From Candidatus Eiseniibacteriota bacterium (GTDB taxonomy: Bacteria > ARS69): a stretch of DNA of 48,274 nt. Location: the NCBI GenBank assembly GCA_052390515.1, contig JBQTGV010000106.1:1-48274 (forward strand), read 5' to 3'. Position 1 is the stretch's first letter, and every line of letters begins with the position of its first letter. A program made the translations under genes and the position numbers. Below the pieces are notes generated by a model that ran no database searches, was not told where the DNA came from, and worked only from the letters and a program-made list of their open reading frames with translations. This document shows positions 45,860-48,274 of this stretch, in pieces.

Positions 45860-47325
45860 CACTTCTCCTTTCCGTTCGCGGCGCCGAGCCAGAGGTGCAG
45901 CACTGCGTAGCCTCGCCACGGGCGCCACGGCTCCGCGAGCGCCTCCGCCTCCCGTGCCGTCGGCAGCTTACCGTCCGACGCCAGCGCACGCCGCACGCCG
46001 AGGTCTCCCGGCAGGAACACGTCCGGCTCGCCGAGCGCGCGCAGCGCGATGTACTGCGCCGTCCACGGACCGATGCCGGGCACGTCCAGCAGGTGCGAGA
46101 GCGCCTCCTCCGCCGGCACGCCGCGCTCGAGGCGAAGGTCGCCGCCGGCGAACCTCTTCGACAGCTCCCGAACGGCCGCCGCACGCGCGCGCGGCATCCC
46201 GATCCGCTCGACCTTCGCCCGGGCGAGCCGATCCGGATCGGGGAAGAGCAGATGCGGGCCGCCCTCGTCGAATTCCTCGATGCGTTCTCCCCAGTTCGCC
46301 GCGAGCCGTCCGGCGAGCGTCGTCGCTCCCCGGACAGAGACCTGCTGCCCGAGCACGGCGCGCACCGCGAGCTCGAACGGATCCCACGCGCCCGGTACGC
46401 GTAGCCCGGGCCGTCGCTTCGCCGCCGCGCGGAGCCGGGCGTCCTGTCGGAGGTGCGAGGAGATCTGCAGCGGATCCGCTCCGAGATCGAACACGCGCCG
46501 CACGCGCTCGACGACACGCAGCAGATCGCGGCGCACGGGCGCGTCGACGCGCACGACGACCTGGTGCTTCGCCGGATCCGGGCGAACCTCCACGAGCGCG
46601 GGCGCTCCGTCGATCCGCGCCGTACGCCGCCACGCACCGTCCAGGACCTGCTCGACGCCGGGAATCGCGCGCGCCTCGAGGTACCCGAGCATCTCGGCCC
46701 ACGCGTACGGCGGCCGGTAGGGGAGGCGCAGCGTGACACCGTGCGCGCCGCGGCTGCGGTCGCGCTTCGCCGCGCGGCGCAGGTCAGACGGCGCGCGCTC
46801 GAACGTGGAGCGGATCGCGGCGTTGAAGCGGCGGATGCTCGTGAATCCGGACGCGAACGCGACGTCTCGGAACGGCAGCGCCGTCTGGTCGATCAGCGAG
46901 CGCGCGAACTGCACGCGCCGGCACTGCGCGACCGCGACGGGGTTCGCGCCGAGGTGCTGGTCGAAGAGGCGGCGGAGGTGCCGCGAGCCCACGCCGACGC
47001 GCGCCGCGAGCTCGTCGACGTCTCCCGAGTCCAGCGCGCCGCCCGCGATCAGCGCGAGTGCGCGAGAGACGGTTGCGGACGTCCCGGCCCACGCCGGCGT
47101 GCCGGGGGCGGTCTCCGGCCGACACCTCCGGCACGGACGGAAGCCCGCGCTCTCCGCCGCTGCCGCGCACGGAAACCAGCGCAGGTTCTTGCGTTTCGCA
47201 GGGGGGGCGGGGCAGATCGGGCGACAGTAGATGCCGGTCGTGACGACGCCGACGAAGAACTTCCCGTCGAAGCGCGCGTCACGGCTGCGGAGTGCGTCGA
47301 AGTACGGGCGGGGCAGCGCGTCCAT
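45859..47325 (-). CDS. alkA: Ada(N)-AraC-AlkA fusion: adaptive-response regulator / DNA-3-methyladenine glycosylase II
   Basis: TTGIYCRPICPA, GFRPCRRCRP, AraC HTH (VAFASGF.S.RRFN), GQQVS, HhH PGIGPWTA, D, W.PWRGYA. Confidence 0.95.
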   Translation of the reverse strand: MDALPRPYFDALRSRDARFDGKFFVGVVTTGIYCRPICPAPPAKRKNLRWFPCAAAAESAGFRPCRRCRPETAPGTPAWAGTSATVSRALALIAGGALDSGDVDELAARVGVGSRHLRRLFDQHLGANPVAVAQCRRVQFARSLIDQTALPFRDVAFASGFTSIRRFNAAIRSTFERAPSDLRRAAKRDRSRGAHGVTLRLPYRPPYAWAEMLGYLEARAIPGVEQVLDGAWRRTARIDGAPALVEVRPDPAKHQVVVRVDAPVRRDLLRVVERVRRVFDLGADPLQISSHLRQDARLRAAAKRRPGLRVPGAWDPFELAVRAVLGQQVSVRGATTLAGRLAANWGERIEEFDEGGPHLLFPDPDRLARAKVERIGMPRARAAAVRELSKRFAGGDLRLERGVPAEEALSHLLDVPGIGPWTAQYIALRALGEPDVFLPGDLGVRRALASDGKLPTAREAEALAEPWRPWRGYAVLHLWLGAANGKEK

Positions 47326-47388
47326 GCCTCGGATATACCACGGGCACGGCGCCGGGACTGGCCGTTTTCGGACGTGGCGGTCGGCGCG

Positions 47389-47670
47389 TTATCCGCGTTG
47401 TTTGGCGCGACGCCGAGCAGCACCGAGCGCCGCGAGCCCGACACCGAGCAGCGCGATCGTCCCCGGCTCCGGCGTGATGACGCGCGTGCCGGGGGTCGGG
47501 TGCCCGAGACCCGGGTCGGCGACTTCCCACCGGACCTTCGCGAACGCGGATTGATCCGCGTCCTCGGGTGTGATCACGGTCACGAGGGCTTCCTCGGCCA
47601 TCGAGGTCTGCGCGACCGCGCCAATGAGAGGGATCAACGCGACCAGAACCTTGAGTCCACGAATGCCCAC
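47389..47670 (-). CDS. Very small PEP-CTERM (exosortase target) protein
   Basis: GAGGAAGG RBS then GTG at 47670, signal peptide, C-terminus TPEPGTIALLGVGLAALGAARRRAKQRG. Confidence 0.8.
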   Translation of the reverse strand: MGIRGLKVLVALIPLIGAVAQTSMAEEALVTVITPEDADQSAFAKVRWEVADPGLGHPTPGTRVITPEPGTIALLGVGLAALGAARRRAKQRG

Positions 47671-47690
47671 GATTGCCTTCCTCGCTGTCG

Positions 47691-48274
47691 TCACCGAGAC
47701 GCTTCCTTGGGGGGAGCCCCGGAGCGCGAGCCCGCGGCCGCTACCGCTGTGCCCGCTCTCCTTCCCGTCACCCATGCCCAGAAGAAATTATAGCCGCCCA
47801 GACGACCATTTCCATCAAGAATCTCGCCGCAAAAGAACAAATCCGCCACGTGACGGCTCTCCAGTGTTACGGGATTCACCTCGCTGAGCTGGATTCCCCC
47901 GCCAGTCACCTCCGCAGTCCGGAATCCCTCGTTCCCGGTCACTTCGAGTCGATCGCTCGTGAGGACCTCCACGAGGCGCCTCCGCGACCCGCGGGGGAGT
48001 TCGCTCAGGCTCTGCTCCGCGTCAGACCCCGCCCGTTCGATCAGGGCGGCCGCCAGGCGACGAGGGAGGTGCGCGCGGACCACCGTACCCACCGTCTGGC
48101 GTCCCCCGGCCCTCAGCAGGCGGTCCCAGTCGATGCCCGCCCCGCCCCAGCGGACTCGGAGGCGCACGCAGTCGCCCCCGGGAGCGGTCACGTGCCGGCT
48201 GGCGTCCAGGACGACCGGTCCGCTGAAACCACGGTGGGTGAACAGCAGGTCCCCCTCTCGCCGTTCCAGCAGCC
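47691..48274 (-). CDS. HI0933/YhiN/BaiN-family flavoprotein, C-terminal part (5' end beyond the window)
   Basis: GDLLFTHRGFSGP.VLD, AEVTGGG, TLES, LFFCGEILD..G.LGGYN...AW.TG..AG. Confidence 0.93.
   Translation of the reverse strand, partial: LLERREGDLLFTHRGFSGPVVLDASRHVTAPGGDCVRLRVRWGGAGIDWDRLLRAGGRQTVGTVVRAHLPRRLAAALIERAGSDAEQSLSELPRGSRRRLVEVLTSDRLEVTGNEGFRTAEVTGGGIQLSEVNPVTLESRHVADLFFCGEILDGNGRLGGYNFFWAWVTGRRAGTAVAAAGSRSGAPPKEASR

Noticed and set aside
45305-47325. ada-alkA/ogt pair as a novel system
   Set aside because: This is the well-known adaptive-response arrangement.

Overview
GC-rich bacterial chromosomal window. A FlgD-Ig/'PNPF' C-terminal domain, a PEP-CTERM protein and an archaeal-type ProRS would fit an FCB-adjacent lineage such as Eisenbacteria, Latescibacterota or Krumholzibacteriota, but this is inference. 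Layout: (i) 1-4803, an operon of two AlkP-superfamily enzymes, a small RHH-like protein and a DUF106/EMC3-like membrane protein. (ii) 4811-~15250, a lower-GC accessory island. It starts at a degenerate tRNA-Ala/tmRNA 3' fragment and contains a complete IS21 element (5-bp GAATC target duplication), a DUF5677/HEPN-like gene, an Abi-alpha-like gene, an MTase-REase fusion and an alpha/beta-hydrolase-TM-WD40 protein. (iii) ~15250-48274, core and envelope genes: M16 peptidase, SLC13 permease, ychF-like, HDOD, GAF-PP2C, two-component pair, proS, serpin, HtrA, ada-alkA/ogt and others. Most striking observation: four proteins end in an 'L-x-x-(L/V)-G-Y-(I/V)' tail. The lipoprotein serpin encoded directly downstream of one of them carries the identical hexapeptide RALGYV across the predicted scissile bond (P3-P3') of its reactive-centre loop. 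This suggests the tail is a protease-recognised processing or sorting tag with a dedicated decoy inhibitor. Six frameshifts, five of them in the island, could be decay or long-read errors.
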